Position numbers and translations under genes: made by a program. The notes under the pieces were generated by a model, which ran no database searches, was not told the DNA's origin, and saw nothing but the letters and a program-made list of their open reading frames with translations. DNA of 64,000 nucleotides from Azolla caroliniana (Eukaryota > Plantae > Polypodiophyta), in NCBI GenBank assembly GCA_043228905.1, contig JBHGNT010000002.1:10726001-10790000 (forward strand), given 5' to 3'. Shown here piece after piece: positions 25,482 to 37,462 of this stretch (its first letter is position 1; every line of letters starts with the position of its first letter).

Positions 25482-28323
25482 AGAAGCTTGTATGTGTTGT
25501 AACCGCATGTTGCAAAGAGTTCGAGTAGAAGGTCGTTGCCTTCGTGTCTCAGTTGTATCCTACCTCTCTTCCATAGTGATCCAGTTTGGAGTCAGTGAAG
25601 TACCGTGGTTTTGCCTCTTGAGGTTTTTCCACGTTAACATACTGTGTAAGTGCATTAATCTCTATTTTTATTTTGTTTCTTCCATAGTCAATTTGGAACT
25701 TGGTTGTGGCCGAGAGCAATTCCTCACAAATTGGTATCAGAGAGAAATTGTAAACTTCAAACAAAACAAAGTGAAATGGAAAATTCATTCGGAGGCATGT
25801 TCAAGCTCACCGACTCCAACTACTTAGTTTGGAAGTCAAAGATGAGGGACATGTTGGTGGTTAAAGATCTTTGGTTGCCAATACCTTTTAGAGATAAAAG
25901 ACCGGACAAGATTGATGCGACGACCTAGGAAGTAATGCATATGAAGATGACGACATACATAAGATGCTTCATCGACATAAGCCTGTACAATAACTTTAAC
26001 GAAGAGACCAAGGCTGACATCCCGTGGGAGAAGATCGACATTATGTTAGAGAACAATAATGTTGTGAATCTTTGGTTGCCGGTACAGTTTAGAGATAAAA
26101 GACCGGACACGATTGATGTGACGACCTGGGAAGTAATGCATATGAAGACGACGACATACATAAGATGCTTCATCGACATGAGCCTGTACAATAACTTTGA
26201 CGAAGGGAACAAGGCTGACGTCCTCTAGGAGAATGTGCCAGTATGGCAAAGCATATGAACGTTTTCCAGGGGCTGATAAACTAGACCACCTTACTCGAAG
26301 TACTGCTAGCTAATGAGGAATTGACATTGTTGTTGCTCGAATCCCTTCCAGATAGCTGGGAGACGTTGGTTGTCACATCGGGAAATGTCGAACCAAAAGG
26401 GAAGAACTTGTCCCTAGCAAGAGTAAAATTGAGCTTGCTAAATAAGGAAGCTCACTGAAAGGACCGATAGTCTAGAACCGACCCGAAGGCCTTAGATATA
26501 GAAAACGACTCAAATAAGGGAAGAGGCTGGAATAGAAGTTCTCTAAACTAGTACAAGTCAGGGACGAGGTCGAAGTCAAGGAGGAGGCCCACCTATTTCT
26601 ATTGCGGAAAGCTGAGGCACTTCCGGAAAGCAAAAGGGGGAGCCAACAACTCCGAACCGAAGAAGATTTCAGAAAGAAGAGAAACATTGGCATTGCGCCA
26701 ATTGAAGAGGAAGTACTGCTCATCTCTGAGGAGACTGAGCCACACCTTGTCAACGATGAAACGTGGGTGGTCGACTCCGGAGCGTCGTTCCATCTGACCC
26801 CCGATCATAAGTGCTTCTCATCATACAGAGCCGGAGATCAGGGTTGTGTAAGGATGGGGAATGAAGGATCATGACAAATTATCGCCATGGGAGATGTGTG
26901 GCTGACAACGTCAACTGGGTGCAAGCTCCTGTTGAAAGATGTCTGACACGTTCCGGAGGTTCAACTGAACCTGATATTATCCGGTTGGCTGGATAATGAA
27001 GGCTACACGGGTAGCATCCGGAACGGCACAATGAAGTTTTGCAGAGGAAGCTTAATCGTGGCCCAAGCCTAGAAGATCAACACATTGTCCTTGATGCATG
27101 CCCAAATATGTTGTGAAGAAGTGAACATAGCATCCAACACTGCCGGTGAGCTGTGGCACAAGAGGTTATGTCACATGAGCTAGAAGGGGATGCAGAGACT
27201 TGCCGAAGATAACCTCATTCCGGAGATGAAAAATATGCAACTTGAGAAGTGCACCTATTGCTTGGCTGGCAAGCAAAACAGAACCTCTTTCTGGCGGAGA
27301 CCATCGATGAGACAGAAGGCACCACTTGAACTTGAGCATACCGATGTATACTCTGTTGACACGAAATCACATGCCGGATCGCAGTACTTCGTGACTTTTA
27401 TAGATGATTGCAGCCGGAAGTTGTGGGTCTCCACGTTGAAGAAGAAGGACTAGGTATTGTCCGTCTTCAAGGAGTTTCATGCGAGAGTAGAAAGAGAAAC
27501 CGGCCGGAGGCTGAAAGCAGTTCAAGTAGACAATAGAGGTGAATATTGAGGGTAGTTTGAGGAGTACTGTTGGTCAAAATGAATCCAGCTCAAATACACC
27601 ATGTTGAAGACGTCAAAGCTTAATGGGCTGGCCGAGATAATGAACTGGACCATAATGGAGAGTTTTCGGAGTATGTTAGCAGATGCCAAGTTGTCTAAGA
27701 TGTTCTGGGCTGAGGTGCTAATGATAGTGACGTACATGATAAACAGATCGCCCTCGCACCCTTGGATGGAGATGTACCATAGAGAGTGTGGAACGGCAAA
27801 GACGTATCGTACCGGCATTTGAAGGTGTTCGATTGTCTTGCTTATGTGCATATCGCAAAGGACAAATGGGGAAAGCTAAACCCGAAAACTCGGCCATGCA
27901 TATTTCTCAGATACGATGACAACGAGTTTAGCTACCGACTATGGGACTTAGTCGACAATAAGGTCATTCGGAGCCGAGACATAGTCTTCATGGAGGGGAA
28001 GATGATTGTTGACTAGGAGTCAAAGAAGACCACATCCTCCCAAATAGTTGGAAGCCGACAACCTCCCAAAGAACATGGAGAGTCCATCGAATTCGGAAGC
28101 TAGTCGAGAGTCGGATATGGTCAGGGAACCGTAACGACCAAAGGTCTGGACAAGACCCGAATCGGATTCGGATGAAGAACCAACTGAAGAACTGGTGGGC
28201 AGAAAACCAAGGAAGAAGATACCCTCTTAGAGAGAGAAGCCCCCCCCCCCCCCCCCCCCCCCCCCGAAGATTCCCCGATGAAGAGCATGTATTGTTGATC
28301 GATGAAGGGAGCCGGAGAGCTTC
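25164..28323 (+). mobile_element. Truncated Tork-like Copia (5' LTR 25164-25728, PBS, decayed gag-PR-INT); RT remnant probably resumes at 51755-52075
   Basis: LTR with a long (GA)n tract, PBS at 25732, gag from 25777 with a ~200-bp tandem duplication, poly-C at 28240-28265. It breaks at EPESF. A plus-strand FLILLLYVDDM segment follows the Gypsy LTR at 51755. Confidence 0.8.
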
Positions 28324-28334
28324 AGTGTTGTATG

Positions 28335-28895
28335 TGTTAGGAAACGGGTCCCTCTGGATGGGAAGAGAAGAGTCGAGTTGATGAGAAACTCGGCCGTGAC
28401 CGATAGGCCGAGGCCGAAACCGAAATCGTGTAGACAACCAACACGGAAGACTATACTTGTAAATAGTCTAAATATGCCCTTATGGGCTACACTTGTAAAT
28501 AACCCAAAAGGTGTACTAGTATAAGTACTTAGGGCAATCATAATGATGATGTGGAGTTGTTGTTAAATGGTTACTTAGAAGGTCATTGTCTTTGTAACTG
28601 AGTAACAGTAAGTAAGTGAGAGTGAGGGCGTGTGTAACTTTGTAGTCATCTGTTGACAAAGTTGAATCTCGAGGTCGTTGCCTCGGAGCTTCTAGTTGTA
28701 CTCCTCTTTTTAGTATAATGATTCTATTTCTCGGGGTTTGTGGAGCCTCGTGGTTTTTCCCATTTCAGGTTTCCACGTTAAAATCGTGTGTTTCTGTCTC
28801 TTGTGCTATTTCTGTCTGAATGCATTTTATTTTACGTTCCCTGCACCCGAACAACCGAACAAGAAGCCGATTGTGGCCGGTTGTGATTCTCGACA
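28335..28895 (+). mobile_element. Solo LTR, Tork-like Copia
   Basis: TG..CA ends, family termini and a perfect TSD GTATG. Confidence 0.9.
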
Positions 28896-31800
28896 GTATG
28901 TAATGGAGGCAATTGAATTGCCTCACTTCGATTCGCTGCATTTCGCTATCGGCCGATCCTGTCAAGTTCTTGTTGTTCCTTTGGCTCGACAACTCCAATT
29001 AAAGACTTCAGGATCATTACCCGATCCTTATGTTCTTGGGCCAACCGTTCCGATATTTCCTGCAGTCGTTGTGCGAGCCATTCCACCAGTTCATACGATA
29101 TGCTGAATTGCAAAGTGGCTGCCAGTTCATGTGCTGCCAATGGAAGTTCGGATAGCCCTAATGCTTCTCTAGTAGTCATAATTGATGATTTCCCCTTTTC
29201 TACCCGGCTTGTTTCATTTGGATCAACACGACCTTCTTCATTTGTTTGTTCAGACTGTGTATCCATCCTCTGTCTTTTCGCCGTTGGTGCTTCCTCGTCT
29301 GGTTGTGTGTAACGTTGTGCTTTCGGTTTTGTCCGTCTCATCCTTTGAGTTGTATTTCCCGATGTCGGTGTCAGGACCTATTCTTGGGCCTATTGTGGTG
29401 CCGGGGTTGGTGTCTACTCCGGTACTGCTCTATTGGGAATAGGAGTCACTATTGGCTCTTGTGGTTGCTCTATTGCCGTTTTTGTTTGTCAGACGGTTTC
29501 TAACTGCTGGTTGTCGATGAGCGTCGATTCCGGTTCGTGCCATTCTTCCCGTGGCACTTGCTTCCGAGCCTTTGATGTGCCATGTCTCTATGGCTATCCC
29601 TCTGTTCATGAGGTGCTTTGCCGACTCTCCGAACTAGGTGTTGGGCAAAGTACTGCTAACCATTTGGTGAATATCAGTTTCATGGGTTTTCCGCTTTGAA
29701 CCCCATTGAGTTGCTCCCTGAGTGCTTCTGCCGTCCAGAGTGCCCAGTCGAACACCTCTCCTTCATATGTTGATATGATAAAACCTACCCTCTTTTTAGG
29801 CATGCAATAAAATCGTGGACTTAGGAATGCTACTTCTAACAGGAATTTACCGACTTTGTGGAAGAATTTATCTTCTCCACCTTGCGTTTGATAGGACTTG
29901 CCCGATGGTGAGTACTCACTGAAATAGGACGTCAAGCACTGTCGCAATTCGTCTGATACTTGAACCGGCATGTTGTCTTCTTGATATAAGTTAGAACTAG
30001 TGAGCGATGGAGATTCCGATTTCTGTGTGCAGAGAGAAGATGTAGAAAACTTGTGCACTTGAAATTTTTTCCGCTGTTGTGATAGAGAAAGTGAAGAGGT
30101 AGGGTTTTGAGGGAATAGACGGTTCATTTTTTGAAGCAAAGAGATTATACTATTTATGACAGTATTCTATTTATGATGGTGCTAGTATAGATATAGTAAT
30201 AATAGCTCCACCACTCGCAATTAATATTGCATGATTTTGTGGCTTGTCTATATATATATAGTTTGAAAAAGACTACACTAAGAAGTCATGATGTTTTTCT
30301 ATTAATTCTGTTATAGTTTTGCCAAGACTAATTTTCTTTTCTTTTCTTTTTTTCTTTTTAATAATACTATTTACATTCATCACGGTGTGTCGGAATCGTC
30401 TCCGACCTTAAATGGGTTTTTCGACATTGATCCTCTATAAGGTTTTAACCAAAAACCATTTACCCATTTCGGCATAATTTCAACTAAGAGTGTGCCAACC
30501 TGATAAGTGCCATTCTTGCTGTCGACTATCCAAAATGGACCTGTCCTCCGAAATCGGAGTTTTCTGGGTATCGAACCCATCTTTGTCAAAAAGACTGGTA
30601 CTAGCTTACCGATTGCGAACATCTTTTCTTTTTGTTTCCGGTGTCTTTCTACGAACGCCATTGTTTGGCGTTGTTTCTGCTCAAGTGCACACATAGCTTG
30701 CAACCTACTTTCTTCCAAAACGAGCAGTTGTTCTTTCCGAACTTGTTCTGACTGTTCTTCATCTAGTCTTTCGATGACTTGTACTTGTAATGTCGGAACC
30801 TAAAATTCTACAGGCATTACAGTGTCTAACCCAAAAGCCATTCTAAATGGAGTTGATTTGATGAGTGTTTTATATGAAGTGCGATAGGCCCATAACACAC
30901 TATTTAATTTCTAATCGCAATCAGTTCTGTTTTCATTGACTATCTTTCTTAAAATCATTTGTACAGTTTTGTTTCTTGATTTTGCCAATCCATTGTCCTG
31001 AGGGTAGTACAGAGTACTCTTTTTGTAAACTAGTACACAATATGTAGATAATTCATGTACTATTTTGTTTATGAAATGAGTACCTTGATCACTAACTAAT
31101 TCGATTGGAGAGCCAAACTGACACCATATGTTTTCGTACAGAAATTTCGTTGTCAACGCTGCCGTGTTATCTCGTAAGGTTTTAGCTTCAACCCATTTCG
31201 TACAATAGTTTGTAGCTACTATAATATAGCAATTCCTGGTCCTAATAGCAGCTGGCTTAAATGGACCAACAAAGTCCAAGCCCCATTTTTGGAAAGGTTC
31301 TAAAGGTAATACTGGCTGAAAAGGCATCCTGTCCTTTTTTGTCGGTTGCCCGATTCATTGACACAAGTCGCATTGTCGACAATATTCGACTACATCCTTA
31401 GTGGTTCTTGGCCACCACAAGCCACCGCTCCATATTTTCCTAGTCGTAGCTTCTCCCCCCTAATGTCCACCAACTATACTGCAGTGGGTTTCCCGTAAAA
31501 TTCCTTCGTTGTCAAATTGTCGAACCACACACCGCCATATGCCATCAACGCCTTTGTGGTATAATGTGTCATTTAGGAGACAAAAATTCCGGCTTCGTAC
31601 AACTTATTGCATCCTTTCATCAAGTGACATATTATCGAGTGGTAGCCTTGTACTAAGAAAAATTGTCATTTCTGTAATCCATGCATCCTCACCCATCTCT
31701 ATGGTTGCTACTGTGTCGACCCGAAAAAGTTGAGCATCAGGAAAGTCATCCTTAACTCTAGTTCCTTCCTCCCCCGACTCCAGTCGACTGAGGTAATCGG

Positions 31801-34395
31801 CAATTGCATGTTGCACCCCTGGTCTATGAAGAATGTTGAATTCGAATTCCTGAAGCAGCAATGTCCATCTTGCCAATTTCCCTTTGAGTTCTTGTTTTGT
31901 CACTAAATATAGGAAGGCTGAATGGTCGACGTGAAATGTAAATTTCAGACCCAATAAGTAGTGCTGGAATTTATTGATGTTGTAAATCATGCCAAGAGCC
32001 TCACGCTCGGTTGTCGAGTAATTTCTTTCTGCGGTGGAGAGTTGCTGACTCGTGTAGTACACTAGCCTATCCAGTTCGGCTCCGTTAGCTGCATTAGGGA
32101 ACTGCCAATTACATGAAAAGGTTTTTCCCAATCAGGGGGTTGTACCACAAGAACTTTAGTAAGCATTTTCTTCAAGCAATCATAAGCATCATGTTCTACT
32201 GTTGTCCATTGAAAGGTGTTTTGTGCACCGATGTGTGCAGTGATATGGCCACATCAGCAAGATAGTGAATCATCTGACTATGCCACCTAATTTGTCCCAA
32301 TAACCGACTAAGAGCCTTTGCATTGGTTGGTGCAGGTGCTTCTAATATTTCCTTTATTTTGTCAGGATCAATTGGTATTCCATCTTGGCTTACAATATGT
32401 CCTAGCAATGCGCCGCTTGTTACGCCAAATGCATATTTCACTGTATTGGGACTCAATTGACCTTGTCGACATCGGTCTAAACATAGTTGTAAATGTTCTA
32501 AGTGGTTGATCTTCTGACTATAGATTGCAAATTCATTGAGAAAAACTTGCATGAATGCAGGAATATAATCATTGAAAAATTCTTGAATTACCCGTTGAAA
32601 TGTCGCAGGAGCCGTTTTTTACCCGAACATCATGACAACTGCCACAAATACTCCCCATTCGGTTACAAAAGCTGTCTTTTCTTGATCTTCTGGATGCATG
32701 CGAACTTGATTATACCCACTGAAACCATCAAGAAAACTGTAAAATCTCATGGCCTGCTACTGCATCTAGAATGCTCTCCGTGAATGGTAACGGAAATGCG
32801 TCTGTTACTGTAGCCGCATTGAGTTTCCTGTAATCGACACACACCCGAATTTTACCATTGTTCTTAGGTACGACTACAATCAGACTCAGCCAAGTTTCCT
32901 TTTTTACTGGTCGAATAAATCTGACTTTGAGTAACTTGTCAATTTCTTCCTTGACTTTCACCACATAGTTCGTATTTAATCGGTAACGGTGCTGTTGCTG
33001 ATGCTGGCAAAATGCTGGATCTAAACCTTTCATGTCTTCGAATGACCAAGAAAAGACATCCTTGTATTGTCTCAAAAAATTCTTTAATTCCTCCTTTTCA
33101 GCCTCCAACATTTCTTTGGCTATTAGTATAGTCTTAGGCTCTACGTCGGTGTTGCTATCGGCTAAATTTAATTCCTCCAGTGCCGATGCTTGTACTCTTT
33201 GAGACACTTGCATTTCCTTTTCAGTATCTTCCTCCTACAGTCGAATCTCCTTGTCCGCTCATCTACCAGAACTTCATCTTCCTTGTCTTTTATATAAGAC
33301 GTTAGCGCTTGCTTCAAATAACAAAATGATCTTTGGGTTGTCGTTAAAATACCGTTCTTCATCTGCTTCATCCAATCCTTCCATCATGTTAATTGATTCT
33401 GCATGGACTGGTAGACATTGACGAGCTGTACTGACTTTGTGCTGAGTTGATATCCGGATTTTAGTTTTACTCTCCTTGAATGTTAACACATTCTTGTTCC
33501 AATTTTGCTTAATATTAACCGTTTTTAACCATGGTCGACCTAACAGGAGTGGATATGCTCCAAGAGCATCCAAATGAAGCACCACTGCTGATATCTTAAA
33601 AGTATGGCCCCCGAAAATGACATCAAACTGCCGGATTAAACCAAGTGGTCGGATTGTGCTCGTGCCTACCATTCTTAACTAGAAAGGACATGCATCACTT
33701 AGTAATTCCAAGTTGATCACAAGTGGTCTTATTGATGACATTGACTCCTGAACCACCATCGACAATAGTTCCGGCCACCTCCTGACCTCGAATTATCACT
33801 TTTATTGAAGGGCTTTGTTCATCCATGATTGTTGGACCATTGCTTGACTAGCTATAGTTAACCGATACTTGCTCTACATCTTTTTGTGCAAGAAGAGTTG
33901 CCACCTTTTCGGTAAAACGGGGCACTAATTTTAGTAATTGTGACAAAGGCAATGACACTTGACAGTCGGCCATGTTATTCTCTTAGCCGGACAAGGCCTA
34001 ACACAAGGTGTCACGGAGACACTTCACCAAAGGGTGATTACGGCATAGGATTAAGATTCAACGATTACACCGACTTACGTAGGTTACACGATTAGATTGC
34101 TTTGGTTAATTACACGCGTAAGATATAACAGTGATTACAGAACGGAAATCAAGACAGAAGTATAAACAACATAAGCTCTACTAATTATCCGCTGTCATTA
34201 CAATAGGGTCCGGGCCTTTAAATAGGTTTCCGGCCCGTAGTACAAAACGGTGCCTTCTCGCACCTATTCGGGATCCGTCCGGATCTGGAACGGCATACCG
34301 TTTCCAGTCCGTCCGTCCACACTTTGCTCATTTACAACCATATCTAATTAATTCCTTCACTCCGTATTTTGGACTCCTTGCCGGCCGGTAACACA

Positions 34396-34412
34396 TGGCA
34401 CGCCCGTGGGAC
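34396..34412 (+). promoter_or_regulatory. Second, oppositely oriented tRNA-Arg-type primer-binding site in the PPT position
   Basis: The plus strand reads TGGCACGCCCGTGGGAC 2 nt from the LTR. On the element sense strand this is GTCCCACGGGCGTGCCA-TG-[LTR]. The function is inferred. Confidence 0.7.
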
Positions 34413-34445
34413 AGTACCTTGTACGTCGAACCCTTCTCGGCCCCT

Positions 34446-36353
34446 TCATTGTTCACCCAAATTGTCCAAATTACTTTGTTCAAGAATTTCCGCTTGTTCT
34501 TCCGGTTGTGGTTGTTGCGGCTGTGCTTGTTGCTGCTGCTGTGGTTGCGGTTGGGACTGAGGTTGCTCCGGCTGCTCTGCTTGCTGCTGCTGCTCCGTTT
34601 GTTTCTCTGGCTCCGGCATCTCCGTTTGACTGCTTCCGGTCCGGTCTCCTTCCAGTAACGGTTCCTCATCACTAAGGTTGACCGTAACTGGTTCTCGTTC
34701 TTTCTCTCCCCGGATCCGGGACCTCTCGTAGCTTTCAAACTGGATCTGCGCCTCCAGCCTGTCGTCGTCCAGCTGAGCTACAAGTTGCCGGACTTGCTCT
34801 AGTTGGTCCTCTGCCAAGGCTTGAAAGTCTTCGGCAAGCTCATCTCTTATGCCGGTGAAGTCTTCGGAAGTCAGCATATAGCAATCATCTCCCTCCTTCC
34901 GCCGGTTCTCCACGTCAGCCCGGAGCAATTGGAGTTCCGCCGCGTTCGTGGCCCACTTGGTCCACCATTTGACGGAACCGTTGTCAATCAAGCTCTTGGT
35001 CTGGTTCAACCAGGCCCGCATTATATCCTGGATGCGACTTGCTCCCATTTGTGCTCTGCTTTCCACCACTTGTCGCTCCTCCTTCAACTGCTTGATGAGA
35101 TTTGCCGTATCCTCCGCCTGCTCCCTGTAGCGCGTCAGCTGCCCTTGATATGTCGTTTGCAGCCTCTGCAGTACCTCCGCCGCTCTTTCTTTTTCCGCCT
35201 GCTGTTGCCTGAGGAGCTCTGTCCGAACCTTCTCCGCCTCTTCCAACCGTCTTCTGTTTTCCGCTTGTTCCTTGGCGAATGCGGTTGCGGTCCGATCAAC
35301 TGCTTGCCGGAGCTCATCCGTCCGTTCCTTGTGCTCCGTTTGCAACCGTTTATACTCCCGGTGCAATTGCTCAAATTCCTCCGTTTTTTGTTTGAGCTTG
35401 CCGTTGATCTGGCGATGGTTCCGGTCCTCCCGGTCCTTTACCTGCCGGAGTTCCTCTTTCAGGCGCTCTACTTCTGTTTCGGCGTTCCTCCGGAGCCTCT
35501 CCTTCTCTTGCAGCATTTTCTCCTTCTCCTCCTTGAGCCGGTCGTACGCTTGGTGGCCTTTCCGTAAGCTCTCCTCGGCCCGGCGTAGATTCTCAGCAGT
35601 CTTTTGGAGTTCTGCCTCCGCTGCCGTCTTCAATTCTCTTTCGCGGCTCCTCAGCGCTTCTTGGGCAGCAAGCTCATCCTTTAAATCCGCAAGCTCTTGG
35701 GCTTGTGCCGCATTTCTCTCCGGAACGGTTTCCATTGCCGGGGTCTGATTGCTATGTACAGGTTGATTTGACACTTTATTCTGTACATTGCCCGGAGTCA
35801 CCGGTGCTTGGACTTGTGTTTCCCTTGTGACCCTGTCCAAGTCTTGTTCAAGGCTCCGGATTCTGGACCGGGCCGTCTCTAGATCTACGGTTGTGACGAG
35901 CAACCGTTCCTGGTGCGCTCTCTCTTCCGCCTCTATATACTCGACCACTCCGGCGATTTGCTCGCCTACCCACCGTAGCCACATGCTACTGGTGCCCTGT
36001 TGCTGTACTGGTCGGGTCGGCTCATTCACTGTGGAATTGTCTGGCCTGATTGCCTGCATATGCCGTTCTGGTTCTACTCCTTGGCCGCCGTGTGCTCTGG
36101 CTGGGCTCGCCGGCTGTTGAGTTCCGGTTCTCGCCGTCTCCGGAGCCGTTGGACTGACCTCTTCTATAGAAGTCGACAAGACCGGTTCCCTACGCACCGG
36201 TTCCGGTTCTTCCCTTGTGGTTTGCCCAGGTTGAGTTGGGGGCGTTTCTGCCTCTCGCGGGTACGACCGCTCCCCTCCTGTCTCGGCGGTCCTACTTCTT
36301 GACCGTCGTTGGAGGTGCTCTTCTGGCTCCTCCGTTTCCTCTTCCTGTGTCAC
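34446..36353 (-). CDS. Extra ORF, distal part: E/Q/R-rich long coiled-coil protein (635 aa)
   Basis: Open for 1.9 kb, heptad-like charged sequence with a Q/P-rich tail. In frame with 36363-37397 across one TAG. Confidence 0.75.
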   Translation of the reverse strand: MTQEEETEEPEEHLQRRSRSRTAETGGERSYPREAETPPTQPGQTTREEPEPVRREPVLSTSIEEVSPTAPETARTGTQQPASPARAHGGQGVEPERHMQAIRPDNSTVNEPTRPVQQQGTSSMWLRWVGEQIAGVVEYIEAEERAHQERLLVTTVDLETARSRIRSLEQDLDRVTRETQVQAPVTPGNVQNKVSNQPVHSNQTPAMETVPERNAAQAQELADLKDELAAQEALRSRERELKTAAEAELQKTAENLRRAEESLRKGHQAYDRLKEEKEKMLQEKERLRRNAETEVERLKEELRQVKDREDRNHRQINGKLKQKTEEFEQLHREYKRLQTEHKERTDELRQAVDRTATAFAKEQAENRRRLEEAEKVRTELLRQQQAEKERAAEVLQRLQTTYQGQLTRYREQAEDTANLIKQLKEERQVVESRAQMGASRIQDIMRAWLNQTKSLIDNGSVKWWTKWATNAAELQLLRADVENRRKEGDDCYMLTSEDFTGIRDELAEDFQALAEDQLEQVRQLVAQLDDDRLEAQIQFESYERSRIRGEKEREPVTVNLSDEEPLLEGDRTGSSQTEMPEPEKQTEQQQQAEQPEQPQSQPQPQQQQQAQPQQPQPEEQAEILEQSNLDNLGEQ

Positions 36354-36362
36354 GGCATGTTT

Positions 36363-37397
36363 CTATGCCGTCAAGGGTTCCGGTTCCTTCTGTCCTGGTC
36401 TCCGTAAGGTTATCTTGACAGGTCGGACCGGTGACACCTCCTCCGGTTCTGGGGCCCGTTTCTTCCCTTTCGTCGCCTTCGACGCCAGCAGCTGCTGTTG
36501 TTTGGATGCCGGCTTCGAGGTGCTTCCTTCCGATACTCTTGGCCGCTTCTTTGGCTGGACGGTCTCGACCGGCGGCACGAGCAATGTTATCCATTGAGCT
36601 ACGGCGTGCCACAGCTTCCGGCCCTCCTTGCCGTCCTTCCCTCGTACCATGTCGATTGCCATGCACAACCCGTCTGCAATCAACACCGGCCAGTCCACCT
36701 TGACCCCTTCATAGGTGGCTATGATCATCCCTGCCCGATTTTTTGGCATGACAGGGGGTCGGGGGTACACGTGACCGTACTCATGGAGCACTCGAGCTAT
36801 CTCCCTGAATAGCGGATCTTCGCCGCCCTGCGTCCGATAGCCTTTGCCGGCAACAGAGTACTCACCGAAATATCGGGTGAGTTGCTCCGAGGTTGGGTTA
36901 TCGATCTGAAAGATTCCTCCCTCCGGAAGGCCTGTTAGCGCGCGGATCGCTTCCTCGGTGATGACCTCTGTGGCGAGCTCCTTGATGACCCGGTCGGCTT
37001 CTCTGTGCGGCGGTGCCTCCATGATGGCCAAGAACCCCTCCAGTCCGTTTTGCCTGAACCATTTCCTGGCCGCTTCCGACAGCGTTTGTGGTTCCATGTC
37101 TGCTTCAAGGTCGAGGGAAGATGGCGAGGTAGAGTGGTGATGAGAGTGAGAGCGAGAGAGAGAGCGTTCTGAGCGCGGGGGTTCTCTGCGTGCAGGTTCG
37201 CGTTTGCTCAGCTTCCACTGTCTTGGTTCTTCTGTGCTTCTTGGCTCGCGAAATGAAAAGGTCTCCATGCGTTCTGCTTCTTCTTTGTGCGTTTTGGCGC
37301 CTTTTTCGAGCATGCACACGTCGTGTACCAATTTAGTATTAAGTAGCGTGGCGTCTCTTAAATGCCCACTACGTACCTTTTCGCGCCTTGCATTCAC
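36363..37397 (-). CDS. Extra ORF, proximal part: conserved globular domain of unknown function
   Basis: LTRYFGEYSVAGKGYRTQGGEDPLF..MPKNRAGMIIATYEGVKVDW aligns with LTSYFSEYSPSGKSYQTQGGEDKFF..MPKKRVGFIISTYEGEVFDW in ORF 29606-30139. The true start codon is uncertain. Confidence 0.75.
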   Translation of the reverse strand: MNARREKVRSGHLRDATLLNTKLVHDVCMLEKGAKTHKEEAERMETFSFREPRSTEEPRQWKLSKREPARREPPRSERSLSRSHSHHHSTSPSSLDLEADMEPQTLSEAARKWFRQNGLEGFLAIMEAPPHREADRVIKELATEVITEEAIRALTGLPEGGIFQIDNPTSEQLTRYFGEYSVAGKGYRTQGGEDPLFREIARVLHEYGHVYPRPPVMPKNRAGMIIATYEGVKVDWPVLIADGLCMAIDMVRGKDGKEGRKLWHAVAQWITLLVPPVETVQPKKRPRVSEGSTSKPASKQQQLLASKATKGKKRAPEPEEVSPVRPVKITLRRPGQKEPEPLTA

Positions 37398-37420
37398 ACC
37401 CGTTCATACCTCGATTTTTA

Positions 37421-37424
<4 letters not shown>

Positions 37425-37459
<35 letters not shown>
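37425..37459 (-). repeat. A35 tract on the element sense strand, just after the pol stop
   Basis: A run of 35 T on the plus strand. Confidence 0.9.

Positions 37460-37462
<3 letters not shown>

Noticed and set aside
28240-28265. Poly-C run as a regulatory or G-quadruplex element
   Set aside because: Expansion of a short C run present in the sister copy (~21768); likely slippage or homopolymer error.
34803-35748. Plus-strand ORFs of 254 and 158 aa, and similar antisense ORFs over gag/pol elsewhere
   Set aside because: Shadow frames of identified retrotransposon ORFs.
34446-36353. Envelope-like gene call
   Set aside because: No hydrophobic signal or transmembrane segment is visible; the sequence is charged coiled-coil.
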